In this document: positions 63,063 through 64,000 of the stretch, piece by piece | Position numbering within the stretch: the first letter of the stretch is position 1 | Layout: every line of letters starts with the position of its first letter | From: Candidatus Dormiibacterota bacterium | GTDB taxonomy: Archaea > Thermoproteota > Bathyarchaeia > 40CM-2-53-6 | DNA length: 64,000 bases | Reading direction: 5' to 3' | Assembly: GCA_035637535.1 (NCBI GenBank) | Contig: DASPWZ010000012.1 | Location: forward strand, 4,855-68,854 | The notes under the pieces: model-generated | The model's input: only the letters and a program-made list of their open reading frames with translations | The model's database searches: none | What the model was told of the DNA's origin: nothing | Translations under genes and position numbers: made by a program

Positions 63063-64000
63063 CTATTTCTTGCAGTTGTGGCAGAGAGGGCTCTTGTTAA
63101 TGACGCCCTTAGTGGTGACACATTCGGTGCAGAGATGCTTTCGACAAGAACTGCATAGTCGAGTGTGTTCGTGGCAGACGACTCCCCCGCATTCTTCGCA
63201 GACTGCTTGAGTAGCTTTGTCGCACAGATTGCACTTCCGCGTCTCATCCCAGATTATTTTACTGGTCGCCGCTTGGAGAATTTTTCGATAGGAACGGCCG
63301 AGAGCGACTAATTCGGCTGTCACGATCGGTATGTGTAGAAGCGTGATGCCAGACACGGAAATATCGTCGGGATGGGCCCCTGACTCTCTTCCGATAATTT
63401 CACCCGTGTGCGCTCTGATGGAATCCTCAGCCACTCCTGCAGGCGCGACGGTGACTGTGTTCTTCATTTCGAGCTCCGGAGGAAGATGCGGCATCGAACC
63501 GGTGGAGGATTCTATTTCCAGACAGTCCACGAAAAGGCCTGACCCAGGCAGATTCTTCAGCTCGCCCTCGAACAGTCCCGCGTCGCACTCTCTTCCGTCG
63601 ACGCCATCAAAGACTATCACTCCCTTCGCCTTCCTCTTCTTCCCATGATTCAATGTAAAATCGGCGAAGAAGTATGGTCGAAACTCGAGTTTGGGCATTG
63701 AGGTAAGCTTGAGTACGCTACCGTTCTCGATCCCGTAAGCGAGAATCTTCGACGCAACCGTGCGAGAGACAGGTAGAGTCCCGGGGACCTTCTGTCGTTC
63801 GGGAGGCTTGATCTTCTCGACCCGTTCTTTCAGCTTTGCTAGGTCCCAGAGTTCCACTCCAAGTTTTCGAGCCATGAACTCCGCGTCTCCAGTGAAACCT
63901 TTGGGAGAGACATAGATCCCGCTTGACAGTCCAGCGCTTCTGAGTCGGTTCACGAAGCCTTCGACCTCGCGTCCGTTGACCTGGCGGTCTCCTTCCCAGC
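63063..64000 (-). CDS. Restriction-endonuclease-like (Mrr-cat type) protein with unknown middle domain and Cys-rich C-terminal zinc-ribbon cluster; 5' end outside window
   Basis: The frame stays open to the window edge. ...REVEGFVNRLRSAGLSSGIYVSPKGFTGDAEFMARKLGVELWDL matches the C-terminal half of PD-(D/E)xK Mrr-type nucleases. The C-terminal 55 aa hold 11 Cys, mostly as CxxC pairs. Confidence 0.55.
   Translation of the reverse strand, partial: WEGDRQVNGREVEGFVNRLRSAGLSSGIYVSPKGFTGDAEFMARKLGVELWDLAKLKERVEKIKPPERQKVPGTLPVSRTVASKILAYGIENGSVLKLTSMPKLEFRPYFFADFTLNHGKKRKAKGVIVFDGVDGRECDAGLFEGELKNLPGSGLFVDCLEIESSTGSMPHLPPELEMKNTVTVAPAGVAEDSIRAHTGEIIGRESGAHPDDISVSGITLLHIPIVTAELVALGRSYRKILQAATSKIIWDETRKCNLCDKATQAVCEECGGVVCHEHTRLCSSCRKHLCTECVTTKGVINKSPLCHNCKK

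Overview
The window is a densely coding archaeal chromosomal segment. The archaeal call rests on TFE-alpha, aMBF1, aTrm56, NAC-alpha, Cdc6/Orc1, the PolD small subunit, A/V-ATPase subunit F, DUF99, ORB-like origin boxes and GGAGG-type ribosome-binding sites. A finer taxonomic call is not possible from sequence alone. I support about 75 protein genes on both strands and one tRNA. I found no rRNA, CRISPR array, transposase or integrase. Most content is housekeeping or metabolic: NAD synthesis (nadA, nadC), an aconitase-family dehydratase pair, split lipoate-protein ligase, pyrB and pyrI (unlinked), FTCD, acyl-CoA dehydrogenase, a family III CoA-transferase, the B12-binding subunit of methylmalonyl-CoA mutase, MFS transporters, and DNA repair genes (Ogg, AlkA-like, NUDIX). 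Leads worth a second look, in rough order of interest: (1) A 770-aa wHTH + ATP-cone + NrdD-like protein has no cysteine outside its C-terminal zinc ribbon, so it may be a nucleotide-sensing regulator derived from class III RNR. (2) A tRNA-Pro(CGG) carries about 44 extra nt in the D-arm region. (3) A putative oriC with ORB-like boxes lies directly upstream of cdc6. (4) A 1281-aa exoprotein combines phosphoesterase, GH5 and seven PKD domains, and its signal peptide is encoded in frame upstream of any ATG/GTG/TTG. Two further genes also have conserved N-termini that lack a canonical start. (5) A window-truncated restriction-endonuclease-like protein with a Cys-rich tail lies next to two SD-coupled small genes. 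(6) A nucleotidyltransferase-centred hypothetical cluster is followed by about 1 kb of poorly coding DNA. All family assignments are by-eye motif recognition on the supplied translations. No database search was run.
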